Assembly (NCBI GenBank): GCA_965645245.1
Contig: OZ287083.1
Span: 248,001 to 312,000 of the forward strand
Direction of reading: 5' to 3'
Length of the DNA: 64,000 nucleotides
DNA from: Massalongia carnosa
Taxonomy: Eukaryota
The notes under the pieces were generated by a model, which did no database searches, had not been told where the DNA came from, and saw only the letters and a list, made by a program, of their open reading frames with translations. Each line of letters opens with the position of its first letter. Position 1 is the stretch's first letter. Positions 12,457 through 25,580 of the stretch are shown piece after piece. The translations under genes and the position numbers were made by a program.

Positions 12457-15400
12457 CTACGTGGTCACCGCCGTGGGAGCCATCCCGTTGGCGTTCGTGT
12501 CCCACATCTTCAATCGCAGCGCTGGCCCGGTCGCCATGCTCTGCCAACTCGCCAATGTCTTCATGCGCTTTCGGCGCGCTTCGCCCCCACGCTCCTCGGC
12601 TTTCCCAGCTCCTCCATCAACCCAAGTGGCTTTGTCGATGATGAAACTCATCCCATCGTGCGTGTTCCCCCACGCTCGGGACTTGATGCCATGCCTGACG
12701 CAAGATGCGTAGCTCTGTAGCGTTGGCAGAATCAACAGGGTCAAGTGGAGGTCTTTGCCGGGGATCGGTCGGAGCGGTTCAGGCGGTTGGCTTGAATAGG
12801 TCAGATCCATCGTAGCAGAGCCTCGGCTTTTGCCCGCATCAATGGATGACCTGGTGGTAGGGTTGATTTCGAGCATGGTTGCGTCGATTTCTGCGCCCCA
12901 CTCACCACGAATCCACCCCGAATGAATGGCGGCCGCAAGGGGGTCGGAATCGTCGGTATAAATCTCGGTCCCCCACATGGCCCGCGTACCGCAGATCCGT
13001 TCTCGCTCCGCATCGCTCAGGTAATATCTAGGTATCCGAATCGTAAACGTGCAGTTTTCCTTTCCTTCAAACCGTGGCAGCTGCTTCGGCTTATCGCGAG
13101 ACCCCCGTCCGGACCCTTCACCCGAGATCCCAGGGTGAGTCTCGGCGGAAGGCGAATATAACGTCGAGCCAAGGTGGTGGCGGGGAAGCCTCTGCACGCT
13201 TTCCAGTACGCTCTTGCTCTCTACGATAGTAGTGAGAACACGGGGAAGTGCTACAGGTGCATAAACCTGGGGCTTGGGGGTGGGATGGTGATGGTGACGA
13301 TGATGATGGTGATGATGATAATTTCCTGCCATCGAGTTTGGTGTTGATTGGGAAGGGGTAGCGATGCGCTTGAGGATTCCGCCTTGATCCTCGTGATGAT
13401 GATGGTGGTGGCTGGATGCTGTCAGTCTGGCCCTTTCTACATACATACAAGATACTCACTGGTGGAGATGTTGATGGTGGTGGTGGCTATGTCTACTCTT
13501 CTTCCCACCTCTGGCGCCTGGGAGCCCGATTGTGCTGGGGATCTCAACAATTTCAGGATCTTGTGTAGGTTCCTCATCCGTGGCTTTCCGCCGTGTTCGG
13601 CCGACTCGTGAGCTGGTGCGAGGCTTTGTGAGCTTTGCCAAATCAGCCCGACTGCTTAAAGGAGTTCGACGCTCAATATCGAGATTCCGCGTTGGGCTCA
13701 GAGGACGTGGCGTGGAAGCTCCGCTTCCGACTTTTCCAGCGCTACCGACACCACTCCCCAGGCCAACAAACATCTTACCAAATTCATTCTTGATCCCAGG
13801 ATCGCTTGCAGGCCCGCTGAGCCGAGCCTGAGCCCCCTGAACAGCTTGAGGCAAAGGCGAGATGCGACCTCGCCTGTTGTTATCAAACAGTAAAGACAGC
13901 GAACCTCGGTGATTTTGTAGGCTTTCCTCCTCCGGCCTAGCTGGCGGGCCAAGGTGTTTCCCTAGACTGAGACCATCTATGCTGGGTACTGTTGATGGTT
14001 GACCTCGAGAATGTGTCTGCGCATGTTGTTCGTCGGCTTGGCCGACGGGACGAGCCTGCTGATTCGAGGGTACAACTTGCTGGTGGGCGCCCGCTGCAAC
14101 AAGCTTCTCCTCACGCAACCGACGAAGGGATTCTGAGGAGAATGGTGGTTGTGTAGGACCTAGATGAGACTGGTCACGCTCAAGAATACGGTTTGCCAAC
14201 AGATCGATATCGGCTCGGTTTCGAGAACTTTGGGACTCGGAAGTGTTCGATGTCCTTGAGAGGAAAGGATAGCTTGACGTATTGATTCGCCCCTGCGCAG
14301 GACTAGCCTGGACGGTCGATCCGGATAGTGGCCGTTCCTGGGCGCGTTGACCTCGATGGTCTGGGTAATCCCTAGTCGCGCTATCTGCGCGAACTGATGG
14401 CCCCTTGTTGTTCATTCCCTCCAAGATTCTCGACCCACTAAAGAACCTTGGGGCGTTCTGAGCCCGTTGAATGGCCGCTGTTTCGGACGTTGATGGACGG
14501 ACATTCGTTGTCTCCTCCACATTGTGAGGTGGAGTGCTGTAGCCATTAGGCTGACTGTTCGGGCGCTCTACCGACCTCCCTGGGCCGGGATATCGATCAG
14601 GAAACCTTTTCCAGTCTTGCTGAACACCAGAATCCGATTTGGGAGAAAACTGTGGTGTAAGCGATGCCGAGGATAAGCCTATCCGAGAGGGTTCTGAGGT
14701 GTCCATTGCAGCGCTTGAAAGCGAGCGTCGCGGCGCCCCTCCAGAGTATGCGCGTGAAGTTCTCGTCGTTGGTGCTAGAGAAATTTTGGTCCTTTCGGGC
14801 GATTGCGATTTTTGATATTGAAGCCCAACGGGATCATTAACTCGAGGGGGCGAAGACACTGCTGTTTGCCACGATGGGGAAGAAAGCGCAGTCGCTGGCT
14901 TCGAGGATGGTTTTTTTGCATTGTTTGTAGGAGCTGGTTCGCGGTTCGGCCTGCTGGTGTCTGCACCAAGCATAGATGATATCGACATGCTGCTGCCTGG
15001 GCGGTGTGTGGGCGGTAGGCTAGGTATTTCCCGACCACCAGACGAGGGAGGAGGAGGAGGAGGAGGCGGCGGAGGTGGCCCTCGAATTATTGATGCTTGT
15101 GCGTTCAGTTGCGGATGCGAACCTTGGGGCGAAGATGGTGGGGGCATTTGGCGACCAGAGAAAGGTGGAGGAGGCAGCGGATGATCTATGGCTTCACATT
15201 GACTTTGGTTAGCTTGGGCTTTGGATGTCGGCTTCGATAATGGAAAAACACAAGCAGACGTTTGATGCTGAAATATCGTCTTTGTGCTCTCAAATATGAA
15301 GGCATGGCCCCAAACTTCATCCGGGTTAGGGGTAGAAGAGGGGCAAAGGATCGGTGACCACATCCACCTACTTTCAAGTGCTCTTGGGTGAACCTCTTTC

Positions 15401-16394
15401 ACATGATGATCCTGTTCTCGCTTCAAAGACGAGTATGATCGGTAAGAGTAGGGCGCATTTGACCCAGGAGGAGGGTGATTTTGCTGGAGGGGTTGGAAAG
15501 GCCCTGTTGGCATGTTAGAAAAAATCGCCCCGATTACCAAACCACGCGAAATCCACTCGGGGACGCTAAACGTAGATCCCGCGATATGCAGGTGCTCTCC
15601 ATGCGGGGAATCCCGAGCCGAGCAATACTCGAAGCGAGAATTTGCATCCCAGATCAAAGCAATACGATCTGCGATGTATGGCTATGACAAACGACAAAGC
15701 AATGGTAAGAACATAGTACACGAGACGCGATTTTACCATCCTGCCAGCTTCTAGGTCGTGCATAAATTCATGCAAAGCATGGTCTCCCCGCCAATGAGCC
15801 GTCGGAAAAACCGAACAAGGGCATAGGCAGGAAGAACACACGTCGCCAACATCTATGCACACGGCAGTCGCTGTTTCCATGTGTATCAACCATGATGTGC
15901 AATGCTGTGCTGAGGTGGAGTTGCGAAAATGATGGATGACAGGAGGAACTCGCACAGCACATGGAGGCTTCAACTGTACGATAGCCCTGAGATGATGGGA
16001 TACCGGGACACGTACCGCTCTCTGTTCCTTGGGCTGTATACCTCTCTGTCTTCTCGCTGGCATATGACACCCTTATACCTTGGCTTTCGTGGTTCATGGC
16101 TGATGCTCTCGTTGTATGATCTGGATAACCCGATGGGGTGTGTGGTGTAAAGCTTGACGTGATTGGAACAGCATATCTTTGCGTTTGACTCGAGGCCGGC
16201 GGGTGCGCGCCACGAGCATCGCGCTCGGCTCCTCGACGGAGGAAAGGGTCGTTGCTGTGAAGGGAATCGGAGCGCATCGTAGATGGCTGAGACGAGTATG
16301 GTGGTGGTGGTATCGTGGCGAATCGCGGGTCGCGTGAGTTTTGCTGAGATGGCGGTCTGGAAAAGGGATGTTGAGGTGCACGCTGATGATCCAT
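12457..16394 (-). CDS. RXT3: Rxt3 histone-deacetylation protein (Rpd3L complex subunit), multi-exon; N-terminal exon structure uncertain
   Basis: C-terminal Rxt3 motifs FTIRIPR, WGTEIYTDDSDPLAAAIHSGWI and SRAWGNTHDGMSF; His- and Pro-rich low-complexity N-terminus; last intron 13459..13412. Confidence 0.85.
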
Positions 16395-17358
16395 GATAGT
16401 TGTGTGCGGTGGGGGAGACCTACACCTATTGGTAAACAAATACGAAAATCCAGATTCTAACCTACAGGATATACTGACGATGTACCTGTATGAACAAGGC
16501 AGTGTGTTGAGTTAGGATGAAGAGGTCATGAAGAGCAGGATGCGTGACTTCATATGAGACTGAGACACGGGAGTATAGACAAATGTCGAGGGAGAAGCAT
16601 GGGAAAGGAAGAATCGGGACGGGGGGGGGTGGGTTCAGAAGGGAAATCGAAGGCGCAAAGGATGTGGAGCCAGGGAGCTTTAGTTTCTGCACGATCCCCT
16701 GCTTCTCTGCCCTGCCGGGAAGAATACGTCACTTTCCGTCACCCGTTAAACATCGCCTAGCCTGTTCTCGGCTCGGCCTTAACTCCATTAGGAGTCAAGA
16801 GGGGTGTGATCACGTGACTACCACTCGAGGATAAACAGTTGGACAGCGACTCTTGGAGATGCATGTGTAGTTACCTCGGTTCAAAGGAAATATCCAGGTG
16901 GTCTAACGTAGCGTAGGCACATGTGCAAAGTTCCTGAATGTACGGAGTACCCTCTGTACGGAGTATGCGGTTTCTAAACAATGCTATTGTAACATTGGAC
17001 CCGGCCCTCCAAATGAATGGATGACAAATACACACGCCCCGTACCCAACTCCGTTACTGAGATAAGTACGGAGTAGTTCGTACACAGTACTACTTAAGTA
17101 CGGAGTACCTAAGTATCTACAGAGTGCCTCCCTACGCCACCCACCGAGCCTACCGTGTTCCCGAGAACCGGGAAAGCATTAGGTTTCATCAAGCCACACC
17201 GAGGAGGTAACCTACTTGTCAGCTGTTCCGATCCATTGCCCGGTCACGCGTGAGAGCTGCTTCAATCAAAACCCTCCAAGTATAGAGTACCGACCCCGTG
17301 TGAAAACACGAATGGATCCGTCGCAAAAGCACGCAACGCTCACGTCTCGAGGGAATAA

Positions 17359-18867
17359 ATGCTGCCTTTGCCCGGAGCTCCGTCGTCATCGTGGGTAATG
17401 TTTAGGGCACGTCTGCAAGCCATATTTGCAGGCGCAGACCCTAGAGTGTGTTCGGCGTTCTGGTTGTTTGGTAACTTCTGGACGCATCGCATAGGCGCTC
17501 AGCGTGCTAACAGTTCCAAGGGTTGATCAACAATGTATTGTACGTGGTCATCCTCTCTGCCGCCCTGGACCTTGTCGGCCCCAACGTGCCCAAAGGCGTG
17601 GTTCTGCTGGCCGATGTGATACCTTCCTTCCTGATGAAATTATGCGCTCCATATTTCATACAAGCCGTACCCTACTCCATTCGCGTGGTGTTTCTCGTCA
17701 CCGTATCCACCTGCGGAATGCTTCTTATAGCACTTACTCCTCCATACATCAGCGGCGGCACTGTTACTACGAAAATGACTGGCGTGGTTCTCGCAAGCTT
17801 GAGCAGCGGGCTAGGGGAACTGTCTTTTCTCGGATTGACCCATTTCTATGGTCCTTTCAGCCTTGCTGCATGGGGCAGCGGAACGGGAGGTGCTGGTCTT
17901 GTTGGCGCAGGGGCCTATGCGTTGGCGACGACGTTAGGGCTAGGCATCACCAACACCCTCTTAGCATCTTCGTTCCTACCAATCATTATGCTCATCAGCT
18001 TCTTCATTCTTCTTCCGCAAGGACCGTTAAAGCAACCACTGAACTCACCCAAAAAATATGCCTTCCATCCTGCACCCGCGACCGGACCGGGGGAAGCAGA
18101 CAGCGGAGATTATGGCCCATCAATATCAGATCATGAAGTCCAAGGTCTTCTTCGCCACCCCTCCAATTTAAGCCATACAAGCCATAACCATATTTCACAA
18201 ACCTGGCAGGCGGTCTTCCTGCGAAATCTCCGGCGTTCGCGTAGTCTCTTTTTCCCCTAGTAAGCCTTCTTCATCGCCTTCCACTTCCCTCCCTTCTGAG
18301 GTTCACCCCAATCTCCCCTTCCTTCCTACAATAATAAAGCTAACTGCACTTGTGCTCAGCATGCTCCCGCTGCTTCTGGTGTACATAGGTGAATACACAA
18401 TCAACTTGGGCGTAGCACCCACGCTTCTTTTCCCTCTCCCTGAGACACCATTTTCCTCCTTCCGCGCCTTTTATCCAACCTACAGCGCCATCTACCAGTT
18501 CGGCGTATTTCTCTCACGCTCCTCAACCCCTTTCGTTCGCATTCGAGCCCTCTATCCGCCTTCACTGCTGCAACTCCTCAACCTCGCCATTCTCATCATT
18601 CACGCTCTCTTTCCCTTTCTCCCCAACGTGTATTTCGTGTTCGTCATGGTCTTTTGGGAGGGCTTGCTCGGAGGAGCGGTGTACGTGAACACGTTTGCCG
18701 AGATTGGGGAGAAGGTGGAACGAGGGGAGAGGGAGTTTTCTCTGGGGGCCGTGAGCGTGAGCGATTCGGGGGGGATCTGTATCGCCGGGTTTCTGAGCAT
18801 GGGGGTGGAGGTGGGGCTTTGCAGATGGCAAGTTGAACGGGGGAGAGACTGGTGTCGGAGGCTTTAG
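17359..18867 (+). CDS. BTN1: Battenin / CLN3 vacuolar membrane protein, 3 exons
   Basis: [51 protein letters not shown] and REFSLG. Introns about 17471-17520 and 18260-18359. Confidence 0.95.
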
Positions 18868-19960
18868 GCATGATGGAGTGGTGGTAGGGACGCATGCTGG
18901 AGGTCGGGGTTGGTACAGAGACGGGGGCGGGTTTGTTTGTTAGCATCGCTGAAGGGGGGGGCATCGGGAGTTAAAATGGATAGCTACGGTCAGGGATTGC
19001 TGGCACGTTCGCTCCACCACCATCTTAAAACATATATCCAATGGAGCAAACGCATCACTCAATATAGATCTAGCAGCATGGGAATTCAACGCGGGGCTTA
19101 TACGAACCATGTGAAAATTGGAAATCACACCTGAGCGTAAAACGCATTATTCCTCAAAGAACGTTGCACGTACTCTGTAGAAGCCAAGAGAACGAACAAC
19201 CACTCAGCAGCAGCAGCGGGCCTGCACCCGCGGATGGAGGAATCCGCTTTCTTGCTTTTTCCCATCCACCCTTATCAGCACTGATGATAGGTAGTCAAAA
19301 GGCGCATCAGATATGACGACGAAAAGGAACACCCCCTCCCTTTTCCCCCAAAAAATGTTGGCCCGGACCATCTCTTCCCACCATCAGCATCTCACCTAGT
19401 TTTACGAGTACAAAGTAATACGGAGTTATTTCGTCATCTTTTTGTAGGGAATTTTTATTGGCCTCCGACGCGCGGGAAACGATGGGCGTCAGCCAGAACC
19501 ACCGTTCTCTCCCACCCACCACCACCACTACGCGCGCCACCTTGCATGGGACCCGGTTGGGAAGAACGCGATCGTTGACTAACAGGGGAGGAGGGGTGTA
19601 TTCGATGTCAAATGTTAGTTGTGAGCCTTATTATGTCTAATAATCTATCTTTTTGCTTTTCTCGCTTTTTGCGTTTGGTCCTCCTCCGATCCCGAGTTTT
19701 CAGGACATAGCCTTTTGGGGATACTTTTGTCGCTTGTATTCGGTATTGGTTGGTTCGTCCTTTACAATCTTTTTTCTCTGGGGCTTTGCACCCGAGGCCC
19801 AACGGGATTTCTCTGGACATGCTTTTCTTCGGGTCGGGGGAGGAAGCCCGATTAGCGATTTATTGGGCTTTACGAGGCCAGTACCAAACAGCAGGTACCA
19901 GCGGTTTCGACGGGAACTGTTGTGGCAAGTGGCTAGCCGCAGCTAGGGTTCACTGTATCT

Positions 19961-20013
19961 TGAAGATGAAGATGAAGATGAAGATGAAGATGAAGATGAG
20001 GATGAAGATGAAG
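19961..20013. repeat. (GAAGAT)n hexanucleotide microsatellite, about 8 copies
   Basis: Read directly; it explains the spurious MKMKMK ORF. Confidence 0.9.
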
Positions 20014-20753
20014 GTGGAGATGAAATCGAATATTCAAAACTCCAGTTGATGGGAGCAAGGATGAAGAGGAAGTATACAAAATAGAGAACGTGGCTGTACC
20101 AAGTACAAAACGCCATGTACAAGGTACCTCAGATCAGGTACTCGGTACTCGGTACCCAATACGAAATACCGAACAGAAGACTAATTCATGGCTGTTTTAC
20201 GCGAACCAGTCAAAACCGAGGGATTACGGATAACAACGGAAAGAGCCGGCACGCTACCAAAAAGAAAAATAGGAAAAAGAAAAAAAACTTCAAAATTCAT
20301 CGTGTCGTCTTTTACTTCGTACATCAACCACCCAAGACCATTCTCGCAATCGGCTTACTGCCCACGCAATCAACCCGGTTGCTTTTTGGCATCAACTGCT
20401 GTCCTCACTCCGGACCTGGAGTTAGTCATACTGCGGCAGATCTGAAAGCAACATTCACAAGATCAGATGCCATCCTCAAAAGTGCATTTCTTGAGTTCTG
20501 CTACAATCATCAGTGCGGATGTGCTCCAAGCTCAACCGGTCTCATTACACAAGGCCTTCAGTTCATTGCGACCGACTTCACTCCTAGATTTAAGACGTCT
20601 AGGTTTAGGCGTGGCTTTGCCTTGAGAAGGACTCCGACTGCAGTGTCACGCGACATCTCGGATTTTGATAATCTTCCCTGCTTTTCTATTTCCTTTTCTG
20701 GTACAGCAGCAAATAATATTCATGCAGCCCAGGATCTATTTCTCTTCATCAAA

Positions 20754-22193
20754 ATGCCTACCTACTACAAGAAGACTAACGGGGAAGGGGTCCAGGTCGA
20801 GGATACTCGCATCGCCGTTGTCATGGTCGGCTTACCTGCACGGGGCAAAAGTTTGATTGCTCAAAAAAGTATATCCTCCCTCGAGATCAGCGTTTCATTG
20901 TACTGAAAACTGACAGCATGATGGCGTTCCTAGTTGTTCGCTATCTTGGCTGGCTGTCCATACCCGCCAAAACCTTCAATGTGGGCACTTACCGGCGTGC
21001 CGATACTCCGCAGCCGACGGCCGACTTTTTTGATACCAAGAACCCTGAAGGGGAACGGCTACGGCATGCCGCTGCAGAAGCGGCGGTGGCGGACATGGTC
21101 AAGTGGTTCGAGGATGAGGATGGTGTGGTAGCAATTCTCGATGCCACCAACTCTACCAAGCAACGTCGCCGGTGGGTTCATGAGCGGTGCGAGGCCAACA
21201 ACATCGAGACCATGTACGTCGAGTCCAAGTGCGATGATGAAAATATTATCATGAACAACATCTTGGAGGTCAAAACCACCTCTCCGGACTACGTGGGGCA
21301 AGATCCCGATGTTGCGGCCCAAGACTTTCGGAATCGGATCCGCAACTACGAGAAAGTCTATCAGACCATTGGGGAAGATGAAAAGGATCGCACCTATGTC
21401 CAATTGATCGATATCGGCACCAAAGTCATCATCAACCAGATCAAGGATTATCTGCAAAGTCGAGTCGTGTACTATCTGATGAACCTGCACATCAAGCCGC
21501 GGTCCATCTGGATCTCAAGGGTATCCTTTCCTTCAAGCTGTTTGTTGCGTTGATGTATTAATAATGATCTAGCATGGGGAGTCGGAGTTTAACCTGGATG
21601 GTAAAATTGGCGGTGATGCTAACTTGTCAGCACGGGGCGAGCTCTACGCCCGCACCCTCCCTGATCTGGTGGAGAAATCCGTAGGCGACGACCGCCATCT
21701 GACCATCTGGACCTCGACGCTGAAGCGAACCATTCAAACCGCCAGATTTCTGGCCACGTCGCCCAAAGGCTATGACAAGCTCGAATGGAAGGCCCTGGAC
21801 GAGCTCGACTCGGGTTTGTGTGACGGCCTTACGTACCAGGAAATTGCCGATAGATACCCGGAAGACTTTCGAGCCCGCGATGACGACAAGTACAACTACC
21901 GGTACCGGGGTGGAGAAAGCTACCGGGACGTGGTCATCCGGCTGGAACCCATTATCATGGAATTGGAGCGGAGCGAGAACATCATCATCGTCACCCACCA
22001 AGCCGTGTTGAGGTGCATTTACGCCTACTACATGAACGTGCCGCAGGAAAAATCGCCGTGGATGGAGGTGCCCTTGCACACGCTGATCAAGCTCACCCCC
22101 CGCGCGTACAGCACTGAGGAGCAGCGCTTCAACGCAAACATTCCCGCCGTCAGCACGTTTCGCGTCAAGGGCAGTACGGCTAAACATCAGTGA
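20754..22193 (+). CDS. FBP26: 6-phosphofructo-2-kinase/fructose-2,6-bisphosphatase, 3 exons
   Basis: P-loop VMVGLPARGKS, DATNST, the spliced SRHGES phosphohistidine motif, YRYRGGESY and VTHQAV. Introns about 20869-20933 and 21521-21572. Confidence 0.93.
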
Positions 22194-24687
22194 TTCGGTG
22201 GGAGTGATTCGTTATGGCTGAGACTAGATGCTATGTTTCTCTCTTGTGCTTTTTCGTCGGTAGTTGCGTGCGTGCATTTAGTGTTAGCTAGGCGGAGGCG
22301 TGTATGTATGTATATATATACATCCATCCATCCATCCATCCATACATTATTAAGTAGGCTTTCAGGCCGCAAGCATAGCTGCCCCTTCCATTTCGGCGAT
22401 GGCAGACATACATTACATGTACAACCAGCTGTACTCCGCCCTCTGTATCTACCTAGTTATCCAATACCTATCCCCCTCTATAATCAACCCACGATCCTAG
22501 TACGTACTAAATACACCAGCCGATCCCGCTCATGAACCTGTGATTATATTCCCCCGTTTCGCCAAGTTTCGCTCTACGTACCTATTTACCTGTCACGTTA
22601 CAGCTACAATCACATTACGTTTACGCCTGCAAAGCAAGTTCACAGCCGTCCCCCGTTCTACCTCCTTTCTTCCAATCTTCACATTCCCCTTCCTATAGGT
22701 ACGCCAAGATATCCCCGCTCCCCTTTTGCGCGTTTTCCAATCGGCCGGTGAGCGGGAAAGGCAGGTTTGGGGTGGGGCTGGTATCAGTCCAGGGGTGGTA
22801 TGTGGGGGTTCTTTTCGGGGCCCGGGAGGAGGGGGAGGTATTCTTCTTCTTCTTCTTCTTCATGAGTCGAATATTCCCCTCCCTCTCGCTCTCTTTCCCT
22901 CCTTTCCCCCTTTTCCCAACCCTTCCACCACCATCACTCACCCCATCACCCCCCCCCCCCGGCGCGCGAAATACTCCTCAACTTTCGCGTCCACCAGCTC
23001 CTCCAGTGATGTTTTCCGCGCTGTTAGGCGTCGGTGGCGTTGGTGTGTATCATCTTGGCCGGGAGGATGATGGAGGATGCGGCTCGGGGAGCAAGGAGGG
23101 ATCGAGGTAGGGGGTGGGGATGGAAGCGTCAGAGGCTAGAGGAGGGCGAGGCAGGAGGTGAGGATGCGGCCCCAGGGGAGGAGCTCGAGTTTTCTAGGGC
23201 GGGAGGAAAGGGGGGTTTTGGTTGTTTTTGTTTTTTTTCCCCCTCGAATTCCTTATCTTCTGTTCTTGGCTAGCTTTCTTGCCTGGCTGTCTACCTAGCT
23301 GTCTGGCTCAATGTCTGGCTCTGAGTTTGTCTGTGCCTATTTACCGGTTTAAACACGACGGAACGTGGTCAATACGCGGCTGCGGCTGACTGACTGGGTG
23401 TATGGGGTGTATGGTCTGAAATAGCGAACCGGCGAGGGGGGGCCCAGAGAGAGAGGGGACTTGGTTTGATGGTTTTAGTGACATCGTATCAGGAAGTAGG
23501 TTTTCTTATTCTCTTTTTTCTGCTTTTTTGGGGGAGGGTGAAAAGAGGAAGAAGGAAGCGAAGAGAAAGGGAAGAAAGAAAAAGGTTGCTCCTAAGTATG
23601 CTCACGAACTCCAGTTTTGATGATAATGAAGACTAAAAAGGGCATGAGGATGATTCTTAAGACAAATCACTGGCTAACACTAACGAGTGGTGGACAGGAA
23701 AGAGATAGTATGTATTACGAGAATATGAACGGGCTAAGAGGAGGGAATTGAGAGAAGGAGACCAAAGGAGAAGGGTGTCAGTCTCACACCCCATGTCCCA
23801 TTATTCAGCTAATCTAATCAGTTGATTGTTCAGCCATTTACTTAATCGGGTTCTCAATCGTGTTTTCTCCGGGCATTTTGGGAAGGGGGGTTGTAATCAG
23901 ATTTCCTTGGAGGGATGAGTTCATGAATAGATGCATGATTGTGTTCGAGTTTCTCGAGTGGGTTGACTCGGAAATCTCTCCCTGGGGTTTTTCTCCCCTT
24001 CTCATCCATTCATTTTCCGAAGCCCCTAACCCCCCTTTCCTCGAATTCCCCTTTCCTTTTCTTCTACTATCGTTATCATCATCATCAGCATCCTATATTG
24101 ATATTCCAGAAACGATTAATAAATTTAAAAAAAAGTAAATGTCCTATCGTTTGAAATAAATCTGATCGGAGGAATCTAAATAATTTTCTTCCTTTCGTTT
24201 TTCGAAAGGATTGGTTAACTGATTGAGAAAATCAATCCGTAGATGCCAGTCGGCTTTTCGAGAGTTGAATCTTGCAAAACTCCTAGTTTCAGAGATAACA
24301 ATCTGAATTGGATCCACGTTTAAAATTTCCGAGATCCCAATGGGACTGTTGCTTTTTAATGGGCCAAAGTGGCCAATAATGTAGTTGATGCGATATGACG
24401 TTAGGATGCTAGAAAGCGAAGATGCTTGATTTCTTGGAATATCTCTTTCATCGATGACTTTGTTAGGTATTTCGCTGCTAATGCCGAAAGCGTCACTTCT
24501 TAGAAAATCGAGTAGTGATGAGTAGATGGTACATATTAGAGAATGAGCACTTCATGAAATCTTTCTAGCACGACTATGTATATATTAAAAAGGTTGGAGC
24601 TCGTTCATTTTGGAAAGCATAGTCGTCCAACAGTCCTGCCTCATTTTCTACGCAGCGCTCCAATCCCTTAACGGATCATTTTTCATG

Positions 24688-25580
24688 CTATTCTTGATCT
24701 TTCAAGAGATTGCAATTCGCTGCCTCAAAAAGCTGGGCTAGTGTCAGCCCTGGACCTTCACTAAACTCGCGGTTCACCTTACCTCGCCTTCTCTCGTGTT
24801 CAGGTGGCTATTACCCACGCAGCAGGCTTCATACCGGAAGTCGCATGGACCGTTGGGACCTACAGGCGCGGATTAATATCGCCAGCGATGAAGAATAATC
24901 TCCCAACAATCGGGTTCCGCACTTAAGAATTTACATCTGGAAAGAAAGTTCATTCTCGGGTATACACTGTAAGGTCCTTTGCAACAGACATGGTATGGAT
25001 ATGGAGCCTTGCATTTCGATTCCTGCTCCACCTTCGGAGATAAGACGGCTGGCTTGGGTATTACCTCGGGGTTCACCTCCGTTTCTGGTGGTAATGAAAA
25101 TATCTTGCGGAAAAAGTCTCCAACACCTGTTGCAGGTTCATTTTGGCCGCCTGGTATGGGTTCGCTGTCGACCTCTGTTGGCGGTTTGGTGTCGCAGACC
25201 GCTCCCGCTTCTCGTGCATCCAGCTTGCCATTTGTTGGTGTGTTTTCGGATTGACAGGGGCGGGCGGCTGAGCCGGAAGTACCTGTATTTGCGGTAAGGA
25301 TGGGAGCAATCGAATTCTGGGCCCACAGATCTGTATCCGTCGAGACTGGGTTTATTTGGGGCTGTTGAGGCAAGTCTGGAGTATTTGCTGTATCTGGACT
25401 CGTTATGGGCAGGAATTCGTTAAAAGCGATGTTGGTCAAGTCGGGATTTACGGGCAGAGTGGAGTCAGGGGCAACCCATTGAGAACTTAATACCGGGCCC
25501 TCCAAGTCTCCGGGGGAAAGATAGGCAAGAGTGACATGTACGGCTATAAATGCAAAGATTAACACAAAGATATTGCACAT
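24688..25580 (-). CDS. Secreted protein with Pro/Thr-rich linker and C-terminal hydrophobin-like 8-Cys domain, 3 exons
   Basis: Signal peptide MCNIFVLIFAFIAVHVTLA. Exons 25580-24935, 24859-24783 and 24732-24688 are joined in frame by GT-AG introns and give a C-CC-C-C-CC-C pattern. Confidence 0.7.
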
